Part shown: in pieces, positions 50,916 through 64,000 of the stretch | How positions within the stretch are numbered: position 1 is the stretch's first letter | Layout: each line of letters opens with the position of its first letter | Assembly: GCA_964016885.1 (NCBI GenBank) | Contig: OZ024759.1 | Span: 31,558,001-31,622,000, forward strand | DNA from: Eledone cirrhosa | Lineage: Eukaryota | Length of the DNA: 64,000 bases | Direction of reading: 5' to 3' | The notes under the pieces: model-generated | Databases searched by the model: none | Seen by the model: the letters and a program-made list of their open reading frames with translations, nothing else | Told to the model about the DNA's origin: nothing | Made by a program: the position numbers and the translations under genes

Positions 50916-53398
50916 CTGAAAATATAAAATAAATAAAATATATAACATCTATGTGTTCTTGGAATAAATTATGGGGAACAACATAAAAATGTAACATGTT
51001 CTTGAAATGTGTTATGAGGGACCTACAAAGGCAAAGCTAACCTTAGCATGATTTGAACTCATAACATAAAAGGCCATAACTATGTCAGAAAGTTATTACA
51101 AATAATGGTCTGATTTCAGCACAAAACAACAATTTTGTTGGAGAGGAAAGTTGATTAAATCAACCCCAGTGCATTACTGGAACTTTATTTTATCGACCCG
51201 TAAGGATGGAAGGCAAAGCTAACCTCAATGGGATTTGAACTCAGAACATAAAGACGTGTAACTATATGCCAAAGCAAGTTGATTATAAATAGATTTGTAA
51301 GATATATAATATTTTCCAAGTTTTTTTTATTTATTTTTTAAATATTATATTAGAAAAAAATGATGTTAGAACTACTTATAAGAACAATCACTTCCAACAC
51401 ATGTTGCTATATACAGTGACATTTACATGTAAACAACATTGTTATGTTAGCTTATGATCAAAGGCACTCCAGCTCTGACTCACCCATCATTTAACATCCA
51501 TGTTTCCATACTAGCATGGGTTAGATGAGTGGTCCTGTTGTGAGACAAGTCAGATCAGGTGACTACCTTGCTCATACAGAACTGATTTTAGCTCGATTTC
51601 TATGGCTGGATACTCTTCCTAACACCAACCACTTTACAGGGCAGAGCAAGTGTTTTTTGTCACGACACCTACAATGGCACCAAACCAAAACAACCACTTC
51701 ACAGTGTGGGCGCGATGCTTTTTGTCGCGATAACTACACAACCACTTTACATTGTGGACTGGGTGCTTTTAGCAACAGACAGTAACCCCCCCACAACCCT
51801 TCAATATACTGTAATACCACAACCACTACCACACAATATACAGTAACCCCACAACTACACAGTAGCCTCACAATACAGATTAACATTTAATTCTCTGTAT
51901 CTCACCCTCCACAGATGTATCCTAATTATTGCCACAGATTTGACATGGGTTGAATTTCTTTCTTCATTGTGTCTTGTTTATATTTTATCGTTGTTTTAAG
52001 ACATCGAAACTAACAAAGATGACATTTTTACAGACAGACAGACAGAATGGAAAATGTGGACATTGAATAGATGAATAGGATAGCATACAAAACACAGAAT
52101 TAAAAAATATTCTTCTTCGCCCACTTATTCCTGGGAGAGGCGTGGGGGCAGAGTTCTCAAACACTCCTAAAAGGTCCTGTCAGCAGCAACTGTCTGGCTG
52201 GATCCCCAAGCAAGACAAACCAAGCTCAAGGATGTTAGCCAATTATCTCGCTCTAAGTCTACTTCTGAAGCAGCATGCTAGAAATGGGACCTCTATCATT
52301 AAAACACATGAAACCTCCTGCAATACAATCATATATGAAGCCAGCTAAACCTGTATAAGTGAGCTGTAACATGATAGGACTGGGATCGCTATCATTAAAA
52401 CACAGATGAAATCTATGAGATACAAGCTCATTAGAGGACAGCTAAACCTGTATAAGTGAGCTGTAACATGATAGGACTGGGATCCCTATCATTAAAACAC
52501 CCATGAAACCTCCAGCAATACAATCATATAACAAGCCAGCAAAATCTGTAAAGGTGTGAGCTGTAAATGATAGGGCTGGGACCCCTATCATTAAAATGCC
52601 CATGAAACCTATGAGATACAACCTCATCAGAAGACAGCTAAATCTGTAGCAGTGTGAGCTATAACATGATAGGACTGGGACCCCTATCAGAGAATAGCAG
52701 CTCTGATTAAGTACTAACTTGGTATGTGACGGTCTGTCCAACCATTGCAATCAGGGACAAAATAATGGACATATGACGACGATGATTTCAATATATAAAC
52801 TTTCATATTCTATAAATAATTATCACCTTATTTACCAAATATTGGCCTTTGGTACTGATATTGCAATTATGGCACTGATTATTAATTATATGCTTATTAA
52901 TTCTGATAAAATTACAAAAAATTTTATCATTCACTTTGAAATTTTTGTATCAATCTTTTGTATCAATTATATTAAAAAAAAAAAAAACCCAAAACGGTTC
53001 TTATTCAACCCCAACTAACAAATGAAATAAAACGAAATTTTCAGCCCACACTTATGAGGGTTTAGCTGACATCCTATAAGGGTGCAGTCCTATCACACTA
53101 TTGTATTTTCGTGTAAAGGCTTTACCTCACATAATATTGAATCTATGAAATTGACAGTTATTGAGAATACCTTAACATCCGTATGAGTGGCTGGTTATGA
53201 CTAGTTTGAACAAAAAGAGATGAGAGAATTCAGGCCAGATATGGCTGGTTTAAATGCTAAGGGGTTAACCCTGCAATCGACTGGCATCCTGTTCAAGAAG
53301 CAGGGAGTCTTACACTCTCATGATGAACACCGGTCTGATGAGTCTCTGAGCTCAAGACAAACTTTAGACATTCAGTAAAAAAAACCCTTATAACTTAC

Positions 53399-53503
53399 AG
53401 TGTATTTGTCAGCAGTGGCCTTGCACAAATGTTCAATAGCACTGGTAATCATTGGATCTTCAATATCACTAAACCATATTGGAGCTGATTGGGGATAGGT
53501 CTC
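53399..53503 (-). CDS. UBE2Q: UBE2Q-family E2 enzyme, first visible coding exon (RWD-like N-terminal domain)
   Basis: ttgcag|ETYPQSAPIWFSDIEDPMITSAIEHLCKATADKYT|gtaagt; 105 nt, phase 0/0; resembles the UBE2Q ESYPSSSPIWFVDSEDP segment. Confidence 0.93.
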
Positions 53504-54071
53504 CTGCAAATATAATATACAATATAATTATTTCAATATATAGAGAGAGATATATATATATAGAGAGAGAGATATAATTATTTCAACATTATATATATAT
53601 ATATTATTTCAACATATACCATGTGTACTCAAATATAAGCTGAGGATTATGTGACCAAAAGACCCCAAAAAAAATTGATGCCTTTTAAGCCCTAATTTGT
53701 TAGGTTATTTTTCATAGTCAAAGAAAAGAAAATACATTGATTCTTTCAATTTTTATAGAGAGAGAGAGAGCAAGAGAATCAAGAGTAAAACTAATATATT
53801 TCTTCATAGTACTGTGTCATTTGCTTTGTTATTTCTGTTTGCCTTTTGCATATATTATTATTTCAACACAATATTTTAACATATAACTCCAGCTATTTGC
53901 CAAAAATATTTCCTAACAACATATACAGTGTATACTCGAATATAAGCCGAGGAATATGTGACCAAAATATCTATGGTAGAATGGGAGGGTCAGCTTATTC
54001 AGGGTCAATATTTTGACGATTTTCCCCAACTTCAAATTCAAAATATTTGGAATGATTATTTCACTGTTTAC

Positions 54072-54610
54072 GGAGTAGGTAGACCCAGAAAAACCTGGGA
54101 CGATCTAATAAATTCCGACCTTACACACTTGCACCTCTCTAAGACAATGTCACTGGACCGAGATCTTTGGCGCTATGCAGTAATACAGAAGACCCGCCTT
54201 GCCTATGTACAAAGCAAAACCTACAGTCAGTAGGCACCTCTTAACCAAATATACACCACAATCCACTACCCCTACCCTATCCTCCCACTAACACTACCTC
54301 TCTCTAAAGTTGGTACCACAACATCCAGTCCAAATAAATGAGATAATGAGATCGAGATTGTGTAGGTGTCACGACAAAAAACATTCCACGCTGTAATGTG
54401 GCCGTGTAGGTAACACGGTAAAAAGTTCCCAGTTCCACACTGTAAATGTGGTTGGTGTTAGGAAGGGCATCCAGCCGTAGAAAACCTGCCAGATAGTCCT
54501 ATATGAGCGAGGCACGGTCACCTGACCAACCTTGACTCAAATTGGGACAACTCCCATCTAACCCATGCTAACGTGGAAAATGAACGTTAAACGAAGATGA
54601 TGATGATGAT
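54072..54610 (+). mobile_element. RTE LINE 3' end (same family as 8497-9867)
   Basis: GRPRKTWDDLINSDLTHLHLSKTMSLDRDLWRY plus 3' UTR and (GAT)n tail. Confidence 0.88.
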
Positions 54611-55232
54611 AATCTACAGTTCCTATATCATCAGGAGTTTTGTTTATGCACTGCCTTGAGAACATTCCCACAACGTTTTATTATTTAAACTTCTTCATAC
54701 ATAAATATCCCCTACACAAATGCATACATGCACACACATGTAAATACATGTGCACCGACTTTTTCTCTGATCTTGTTTTATTTCACTCGCTCTCTATCTT
54801 TTTCTGTCTCTCTTCCACTATGAATCCTTATACAGTGTTCTCTTAGTTGATCTCTCTAACTATTCTCTATTCATTTGTCTGCTTTATAAAAAAAAGAAAC
54901 AAAGAAAAATACTCCCAGCATTTGAGTAGCCGAAAGTAAATAAAAAAAATTTGAGAAACTTGAAACTTTATAAAACGGATAAAATGGTAAGAAAAACTTA
55001 TTACGTAGTGGATTTATGAAACAAAAACTATACTCTAAACAACACTTACAACATTTTTAATATCAAAATATTAAAACTTTGTAAATATTTTCTCCACTCA
55101 TGAGAATTTCAAAACAGTGCTATAATGTGTTAATTGGTAGCCTTGGCTAATAAATTGGGTTCGGATTTTTGTCCATTTCTCAGGCATAAAATGGGGAGGG
55201 GTGCCTATATTCATGTTTATATCTTGTGTGCG

Positions 55233-55264
<32 letters not shown>

Positions 55265-55304
55265 AATACTTCATTTTACTATTCATGCATATTATATGAA
55301 GATT

Positions 55305-55598
55305 TCTAGGTGTTCCCTACATATAACTGTCCATGGGTAAAAACCGATTTGCTCATATTCAATCCTACAACTCTGACCCTGAGCTTTTTTTATGGTCATA
55401 GCAAAACAGACTAACAGGGAACTGAAGTCTTGAGAATTTGAACGGCAGCTCAGTAGAGGAAGGAATAAGAAGAATCTTGGGAATAAATGCATTTTCTCTT
55501 TGATGATTGCCTCCAAGAATAGAGACCTCTTGGAGATGGTTCATCATCTGCCTAAGTGTAAAGTATGCGCCATTGCATAGACGTGGTGGGTCAAGACA
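55305..55598 (-). mobile_element. Helitron PIF1-like helicase fragment, frameshifted
   Basis: LDPPRLCNG, FIPKILLIPSSTELPFKFSRLQFPV, FAMTIKKAQGQS. Confidence 0.85.
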
Positions 55599-55986
55599 AT
55601 TGTTCCCTTTGGGAAATTCAGCATGGAAATTCATCTGTATTCTTGCATAACACCAAAGACCTTATATCAAATTATGTTGGAAGATTTTGATTTAAATCAG
55701 ACCAGAGTCTATTTTGGTCAGGTTGGTAACAAAAGGGTTAACTATTTGACCATACTGTGTCTACATATACTAATCAAATTGTAATAAAAATTCAAATTGT
55801 CATTGTTAAAAAGCTATATAAAACAAATGTTAAGTGATCGTTAAATAGGTATGTTTTATAAACATTTCAACAATTTATTTACAAATGATGTAATAATTAC
55901 TTCGAAATATTGAGAATAAAATATTACTATTTAGATGTGATGACCGAGGTTAGTCAAATGGAGGAGGGGAACATGTTAATCAAATG

Positions 55987-56026
<40 letters not shown>

Positions 56027-56618
56027 AAAAGAGACAGGACCCCGACGGCTGAGCTCCGGCCGTTTCGATAGCTAGTTCAGAACTAGCTGTCGAAACAGCC
56101 ATCGGGGTCCTGACTCTTTTCCTATTACCCATAGTATTGAGTACTCTGGTGCGTTATGGGCCACCTGGTTCCTTACCACACTTCCTTCATTATATATATA
56201 AGAAAACAGAAATAAAGCAAATGACACAGTAAAATAAAGAAATATATTAGTTTATCGCTTGCTAAAGTAAAAAAAATAGTCTTAACGTTTCGGGCACTAG
56301 TCCTCCTTCAGAAGACAGATGAAATAGAAATATAGAGAGTGAGAAGAGGACGGAATGAAGAAAGAAAAGAAGGAAAAAAAAACACACCTGCCTATTCAAT
56401 CAGCCATTTTGAAAGATCATAAAAAGAGTGAGATGGATTCCCAATGTATATTGGAAGGTGACCACAGTTGAAAAAAGTACTCAATACATTAGTAGAACTG
56501 TTTCATTCGTAAGAAATCATCAGGAAAGACTTTCCTGATAATTTCATACAAATGAAACAGTTCTAGTCCTGTAGAAGTTATTTCTATAGTATATATATAT
56601 ATATATATATATACATGC

Positions 56619-56658
<40 letters not shown>

Positions 56659-57160
56659 GCACATACATGTATATGTATATATATGTAGGCAGCAAATTGA
56701 CAAAGTCATAAACTCTCTTGTTACCATATTTCTAATGAAAGACACTGCCTAAGGATTTCAAATAATGATTAAAAATTTGTAATGTAATTAACTTCCTCAT
56801 TATTAAGCTGATGTTTCTAACATAAGAGATTCTTACATAAATTGATGATGGAAGGTTTTAGATAAATACAAACTCTTTAGAAACCGGGGCGTTTTCATGT
56901 GGCTTGATATCAAAAGGGTCAAAAAGAAATGTTTTCCTTTCACTCTTTCATTACCATAACTCTACGTGTATATGTATTTATGGGTGTGGATGTTTGACAA
57001 GAGGTCTTGGGTATCTAATCTATACCAGTACTACCACAATAACTCAAGCCCAGACAGTGTGGGTGAATGCTCTTCGATGTGCAGAACTCCTGACATGAAC
57101 CATCTCGTGTTCCCAGCTTATAAAATTAGAGTAGAGGTTGTATTATAGGACCTACATTGG

Positions 57161-57484
57161 TCATGAATGACCATGGGTGTTACACCTATAAAGTTCCCCT
57201 ACAAGACACAAACCCAGGCATGGTTTGTTTGTTTTTGTGAAAGACCAGCAGTCATCCATAAATGCCAGTGTCCCCTCTCCATGCCACTGATGTTGTCCAA
57301 GAGAAAGACAACAGCTGCTACTGCCTGGCACCATTGACATTGCAACTCTTATTTTTTCCACCTCAGAGATTTGGAGCAACATGAAATAAAGTGTCTTGCT
57401 CAAGAACACAACATACCGCCCAGTCCAGGAATCGAACCCACAACCTCGTGATTGTGAGCCGAATGTTCTCACCACTAAGCCACA
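57161..57484 (-). mobile_element. tRNA-derived SINE (family B)
   Basis: gtggcttagtggtNagaac..ggttcgattcc head, then gtgttcttgagcaagacactttatttca; relatives at 19290-19415, 31385-31500, 48610-48735. Confidence 0.8.
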
Positions 57485-58996
57485 AATCTCCACTAACAAT
57501 GGTATAGGTTGTTGACAATCTATGACATCTGTTATTACAAGGTATGGGTCAAGGATTGGTCTTGGCATTGACCATTTAAATATGGATAAATATTTCTAAA
57601 ACACAATATGTAATATATGTATGAATGTATGTGTGATGAAAATATTTACATTTCATCCAGTGAAGGACAATTCAAACTGTGATTTGAGGTGCTGAGTCAC
57701 AAAGGTCAATAAACTCCTACATTACATTGTCTAAGCCACAAATAAATACAATCCCTGCTTTAGAATAAAATTTTATTCCTGTGTTTTTACTGATAAAAAG
57801 TTGTTAATCAGTGTGATAATTTAAAGTCTGAAATAAACATTTCAAAACATTTACAAGTGAATATCGAAATTTATTTCATCTTGTAATAAGAGAATTTTCA
57901 TCATTGTCATTATTATCATCACTGTTTTACGTCTACTTTCCACACTTGTATTGTTTAGAGAGGTAGTCACGCTCCGAGGTTAGACAAGTAGGTCAGCCAA
58001 CTGTTTTGATCATAATGTTCCATTTTGGTATAGTTTCTATAACTGGATGCCCTACCTAACACCAACCAAGTTGGTTTTGTTTTTTGTTTTTTTAGCACCA
58101 CCATTACCATTTTATAGCATGGATTAGGTACTTTTTTTTCATGGCACCATTACTATCATTTTACAGTGTGAGCTGTGTGCATTTTATTGTGAATGTCTAT
58201 ATGTATTGTGATGTGCAAGAGAGAAGACTGAGCTGGTACCCTCACAACTGCCTTTCAGTGTAGACTGGGTTTATTTTATCATGACACCATTGGTTCCACT
58301 TTACATAGACTGGTTGCATTATATTGTGGCACTATTGCTACCACTTTACAGTGTAGATGATACATTTTATCATGACACCATTGAAACTACCTTACAGAGT
58401 AGACTGGTACATTTTATTGTGACACCATTGCTACCCCTTTACAGAGTGAACTGGATGCATTTTATCATATTCACGATGTGTTGGCTGTTCTACCTCCAGC
58501 CTTCTTCAGGTGCCTGTCATATTCCGTAATGTTATCAAAATTTCAAACTAAATCCTTTATACAAACCACAGGCTGTGGACTCACATCCTGCAGATATCTT
58601 GTTCTCATTCCTTTGTCCACAACCCAGAGTCTTTTAGTATTAAATAGATGGACAACAATTTGGGAATTATCTACCATCGTGGTTTGAATAAAAAGTCAGT
58701 TTCGAAATCCTGAGAACCCAATGCTAAGTCCAATGCACATTATATGGGCGGTGAATTGGCAGTATCGGTAGAGGGTCGGACGCCATGCTTTCCAGCATAG
58801 TTAGGTCCCTTTACGATCTCAGTTCAAATCCCGCCGAGGCTAACTTTGCCTTTCATCCTTACGGGGTCGATAAAATTAAGTAACAGTAATGTACAGGGTA
58901 ATTGCTGGTCTTGTGCCAAAAGTAGAAACAATTATATATATATATATATATATACACACACATACATACATACGAAAGTAGCAAAGAGGAGACTGG

Positions 58997-60050
58997 GGTT
59001 AGCTGGACATGCTCACCGACATTCAGAGTTGACACTGCACTCAGTGCTCCTGTGGGAGCCCCTACACGGACACACTAGGTTAGCTGGACAGGCTCACCGA
59101 CATTCAGCGTTGATACTGCACCCAGTGCTCCTGTGGGAGCCCCTACACGGACACACTAGGTTAGCTGGACAGGCTCACCGACATTCAGCGTTGATACTGC
59201 ACCCAGTGCTCCTGTGGGAGCCCCTACACGGACACACTAGGTTAGCTGGACAGGCTCTCCGACATTCAGAGTTGACACTGCACTCAGTGCTCCTGTGGGA
59301 GCCCCTACACGGACACACTAGGTTAGCTGGACAGGCTCACCGACATTCAGAGTTGACACTGCACTCAGTGCTCCTGTGGGAGCCCCTACACGGACACACT
59401 AGGTTAGCTGGACAGGCTCACCGACATTCAGCATTGATACTGCACACAGTGCTCCTGTGGGAGCCCCTACACGGACACACTAGGTTAGCTGGACAGGCTC
59501 ACCGACATTCAGAGTTGACACTGCACTCAGTGCTCCTGTGGGAGCCCCTACACGGACACACTAGGTTAGCTGGACAGGCTCACCGACATTCAGCGTTGAT
59601 ACTGCACCCAGTGGTCATGTGGGAGCCCCTACACGGACACACTAGGTTAGCTGGACAGGCTCACCGACATTCAGCGTTGATACTGCACCCAGTGGTCCTG
59701 TGGGAGCCCCTACACGGACACACTAGGTTAGCTGGACAGGCTCACCGACATTCAGAGTTGACACTGCACTCAGTGCTCCTGTGGGAGCCCCTACACGGAC
59801 ACACTAGGTTAGCTGGACAGGCTCACCGACATTCAGCGTTGATACTGCACTCAGTGCTCCTGTGGGAGCCCCTACACGGACACACTAGGTTAGCTGGACA
59901 GGCTCACCGACATTCAGAGTTGACACTGCACTCAGTGCTCCTGTGGGAGCCCCTACACGGACACACTAGGTTAGCTGGACAGGCTCACCGACATTCAGCG
60001 TTGATACTGCACCCAGTGGTCATGTGGGAGCCCCTACACGGACACACTAG
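58997..60050 (+). repeat. 81-bp minisatellite, 13 copies, inside an RTE-like LINE 3' fragment (~58972-60195)
   Basis: Unit encodes LAGQAHRHSELTLHSVLLWEPLHGHTR; flanked by KVAKRRLG upstream and IDVLRTDTG..MKDRDHWRELI downstream. Confidence 0.9.
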
Positions 60051-60403
60051 AAGAGAGATTGAGGATGACATATTGATGTCCTACGGACAGACACTGGTCT
60101 CGGGGTGACACAGGACATGGCAGTGATAATGAAAGACAGAGACCACTGGAGAGAACTCATTCAAGGATCTCGGGAATTTTACCCACCCTAGATAGAGATA
60201 TAGAGATACATTCATACATGTGTGTGTGTGTCTATTCCTCACCCATCTTAATCAAGCTCCTCTCTCCAAAATTTCCTCTTTCCTGATGAAGGAGTAATGT
60301 CCGATACATTGAACATTGAAACATTTATTTACCTTCATTCCCAAGCATGAAACTAATAAGACAGTGTTCTTCAACTACATATATAACTAGAATTATTTCA
60401 ATA

Positions 60404-60631
60404 TATACCGTATACTCCGATATAAGCTGAGGAATACATGACCACCCCCCACCCGCAAAAAAAAAAAAAAAAAAAAAAAAAATCAATGGTAAAATAGGGA
60501 GGTCGGCTTATACACACCATCTAAACAATGTGTTGATTAGCTGCCTCGGCTTATAAATGGTCTTTGGAGTTTTGCCCATTTCTCAGACATAAATTTGGGG
60601 GGGGGGGGGATCAGCTTATATTTAAGTATAT

Positions 60632-60632
<1 letters not shown>
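60404..60632. mobile_element. Probable Tc1/pogo-type MITE
   Basis: ataccgtatactccgatataagctgag ... cagcttatatttaagtatatac imperfect inverted ends; related ends at 53615, 53925, 55125-55235. Confidence 0.55.
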
Positions 60633-60712
<80 letters not shown>

Positions 60713-62828
60713 ATACAATATACACACACACACACACAGATAGATGTATTCGTTTAAACAACAAGATTACATTTATCCTCTTAAGAGAGAGAAAGAGGAA
60801 AAAAAAGACACTGAAAATCTATCTTCACAGATGCCAAGAAAGGAAAGTAGACAACCCAGATAAACAGATGTATCAGGATATATGTACAAACTTTTTTTAT
60901 CTATTTTGTCTATGTGTATATGTGTATATGTGTGACGTCCGAACGAGTATCCTCAACCTCCAACTAACTTACCCTCTGCCTCTTGGTCCTGGCCACCGAC
61001 AAGAGAAATACATTGCCCAGAAGGACATCGAAGGAGACATGCTGGAACAGCCACTCCACCTCGCGGGCCTCACAACTGTGAGCATGGATGTTGTCCGGGG
61101 GGGATCCAAGAATGCAAGAAGTCTCCACAGTATTATTTCCTGAGCAACTCGAAAGATAAGACTACCAAGACACACATGAAGTTTTGGTTCAAATTTGCCC
61201 TTTCCATACCAAAACAATGGAAACCACGAATAGTTCTATGATACAAAATTGTATGCTTTAACCCTTTAGCATTTAAACCGGTCGTATCTGGCCACAATGC
61301 TCACTTTCTGTTCAAACCGACCATAACTGGCTGCTCATACTGATGTTAAGAGTTTCAAAATAAATATTATCAAAATCTCATAGATTCAATATTATGTGAG
61401 GTAAAGTCTTTACCGTGAATATATAGCAAATACAGAGTAATGTAAATGCTAAAGGGTTAAATAGTTTATATTTATCTAAAGAAAAAAAACAGAAATCTTG
61501 CAGTGTCTCATTAGAAATATGATAATGAAAGGGTTAAATTACAATCTGAACAAGTTAATAACAAAAAAGTTAGTTATATTAATAAATCCCCTCTCAGATT
61601 GTTGAGTTGATTATTTTCAAAATTATCTGAAAACCATAGACGGTGTCTTTCATTAGAAATATGGTAACAAAATGGTTGAATACCGATAAAAGTTATTTTG
61701 TAAATCTAAAGTTATTTAATGATTCATGCTGCAGATGACGATGACAACAATAACAGCAACTACAACATCATATATATAAATTCCTGTGGTTACTAACAAA
61801 TATATACAAAAGTAAATAAATGATAAGACTATCCCATTATTGATTTGGTATCGATACATAAAAACATGATTAATCATGAGTATTACAGATTTTATTTCCT
61901 TTACAATCGATACCTAATTTTTATGGCAGATTATATAGACATCATCAGGCAGCAAATTGGCAGAATTGTTAGGACATCAGATAGAATGCTTTGCAATATT
62001 TGCTTCGACTCTCTGCTCTCTGAATTCAAATCCTGCCATGGTCAACTTTGCCTTTCATCCATTCCAGGTTGATAAAAAAAAAAAAAGTACCAGTCTAGTA
62101 CTGGGGCCAATTCTTCTCCTGTGTCTCTTCCTCACTACCATTCTCTCACTCTCTCTGATATATTCAAACCTGGAGAGCAGATGGGCTCTGCCAGGTTTTA
62201 AAATGCCCTAGAAATGCCATATGTCAATATGACACCCCCTACAACTCCCTCGGGAGTTACAGAACCATCCATCCATCCATCCATATATATATCACCATCA
62301 TTGTTTAAACATCCACTTTCCTTGCTAGCAAGGGTTGGACGGGTCTACATAGAGAAAATCAGTACTGAAGTGGAGCTACTGACCTCTCAGGCAGGCCAAG
62401 GGGTCTGTATCTCACGTATGGCCTCACGTTCTATCAACTGTAGAAGAGAAGTTATCCTGTCTTTTGACACAAACTAAAAGGTTCTCACAACCCCTCGTCT
62501 GGCAAGCTTTCTACGGCTGGTTGCCCTTCCTAACACCAAACCCTTTACAATGTGTATTGGGTGCTTTTATCATGTAGATTAACAGCATTATGATTGTATT
62601 CAAAAACGAACGTAGAAATAAAGGAATGAATGTAAGTTGGTAACCTTGATCTAATATTGACTATTAATTCTCTTCTGCTACTTGAACTGTCTTTAACAAG
62701 AAGATGTTTAACTGTTGATAACTATCATCTGTTTTAAACTCCTGATGAACCAAGGACTCTGTAGAGAACTTCTCTCACCTTATCAAAGGTTGAAAATAAA
62801 ATGTTTCAGGTCCTTGTAAAATAAGTGA

Positions 62829-62890
<62 letters not shown>

Positions 62891-63359
62891 ACACAAGTAT
62901 ACACACATAAACAACACAAGCATATCCGTGTGTACGTGGGTGTATATATAATATATACAGGGTGTCCCCAAAAAATGTATACACTTTGATGACCTGTACA
63001 GGCAATATTTATTAGAATGCTGTTAAAGTACGTATATATTTTTGTGGGATATATATATAGAGGTAAGTTATTCCGGGTTGAATCGGAGGTAACCACAGTA
63101 AGGTACTCAATACATAGAGTATAAAAGTTTTAATATAGAAGAGCTTCTATATTAAAACTATATATATAGATAGATGAAAAGCGGTAGAAAAAGAAAAGAA
63201 AAACAATGTTTATATAAAATATAAATATACTTTAAATATCTAAATAAATAATTATATAAAAAGAAATACACTAAAATATAATTTTCCTTGAATTAAATAT
63301 ATTTTGAGACATTAAAACCACATTACACCGGGAACTTTAGTTGGCAGTTGAAAATTAGG

Positions 63360-63956
63360 TTAACCCTTTCGTTACCATATTTCTAATGAAAGACACTGCC
63401 TATGATTTTCAAACATTTTTTTAAATGTAATAAAGATTTTGGAGGGATTTATTAATACATACAACTTTCTAATTATTAATCGTCTGCTGTTTGGAACAAG
63501 AAGATTCTTACATAAATTTATGGTGGAAGGTTTTTGGACAAATATAAACACTGTAACCTTTTCGTTAGCATATTTCTAATGAAAGATACTGCCTATGGTT
63601 GTTCAAATAATTTTAACTATAATCAAGAATTTAGAGGGATTTATTAATATAACTAACTTTATAATTATTAATCCTCTGCTGTATGGAACATAACTTAAAG
63701 GTTCTTAAATAAATTTATGGCGGAAGGTCTTTACATAAATATAAACACTAACACTTTCGTTACCATATTTCTAGCGGAAGACACTTGGAAGGATTTAGTA
63801 ATAATAAATAACTTTCTCATTATTAAGTTGATATTTGGAACATAACTTAAAGAATCTCACATAAAATTATTATAGATTTTTTTTTTTTTACAAACAATTT
63901 TATATCGTAGAACAAGGGATGGTTTGAAACGGTTTGGTTGGCACCAAAAGGGTTAA
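63360..63956. mobile_element. piggyBac-type non-autonomous element with triplicated ~194 bp left end
   Basis: TTAA-CCCTTTCGTTACC ... GGCACCAAAAGGG-TTAA; left end repeated near 63555 and 63750; relatives at 56712-56920 and 61490-61680. Confidence 0.7.
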
Positions 63957-64000
63957 AATATAATATATAAATATATATTTTAAAACACTACGAAGACTTT

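Noticed and set aside
53334-53360. CTGATGAG as a hammerhead core
   Set aside because: No GAAA, stem III or stem I; appears to be a SINE tail
57630-57700. Box C (GTGATGA) and box D (CTGA) about 60 nt apart, possible snoRNA
   Set aside because: Antisense to the host intron, poor terminal-stem register, no recognisable guide
62738-62812. CTGATGA...TGAAA hammerhead candidate
   Set aside because: Stem II closing pairs and stems I/III do not fit the canonical geometry
53504-64000. UBE2Q first coding exon
   Set aside because: No segment resembling the UBE2Q N-terminus with a phase-0 donor found; presumed outside the window

Overview
AT-rich, repeat-saturated animal genomic DNA. The (TA)n/(GAT)n/(GTT)n microsatellites, tRNA-derived SINEs and RTE/CR1 LINEs suggest a coleoid cephalopod such as Octopus (inference). 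The only intact host gene I can support is a minus-strand UBE2Q-family ubiquitin-conjugating enzyme: 11 coding exons from 53503 down to the stop at 40900 (927 nt, 308 aa, all GT-AG and phase-consistent). Its N-terminal exon(s) are not recognisable here and probably lie beyond position 64000. The rest is decayed mobile DNA (RTE, CR1 and R4-like LINEs, SINEs, piggyBac- and mariner-type MITEs, Helitron and Sola-like fragments), satellites and a ~2.5 kb tandem duplication. The most interesting signal is a set of minimal type-I hammerhead-ribozyme motifs of the Penelope-element kind, several in fold-back pairs within (TA)n tracts, with covarying stems. Also notable are an orphan, stop-containing MAGUK guanylate-kinase exon and several minisatellites derived from transposon sub-segments. 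All calls come from manual reading; no database searches were run.
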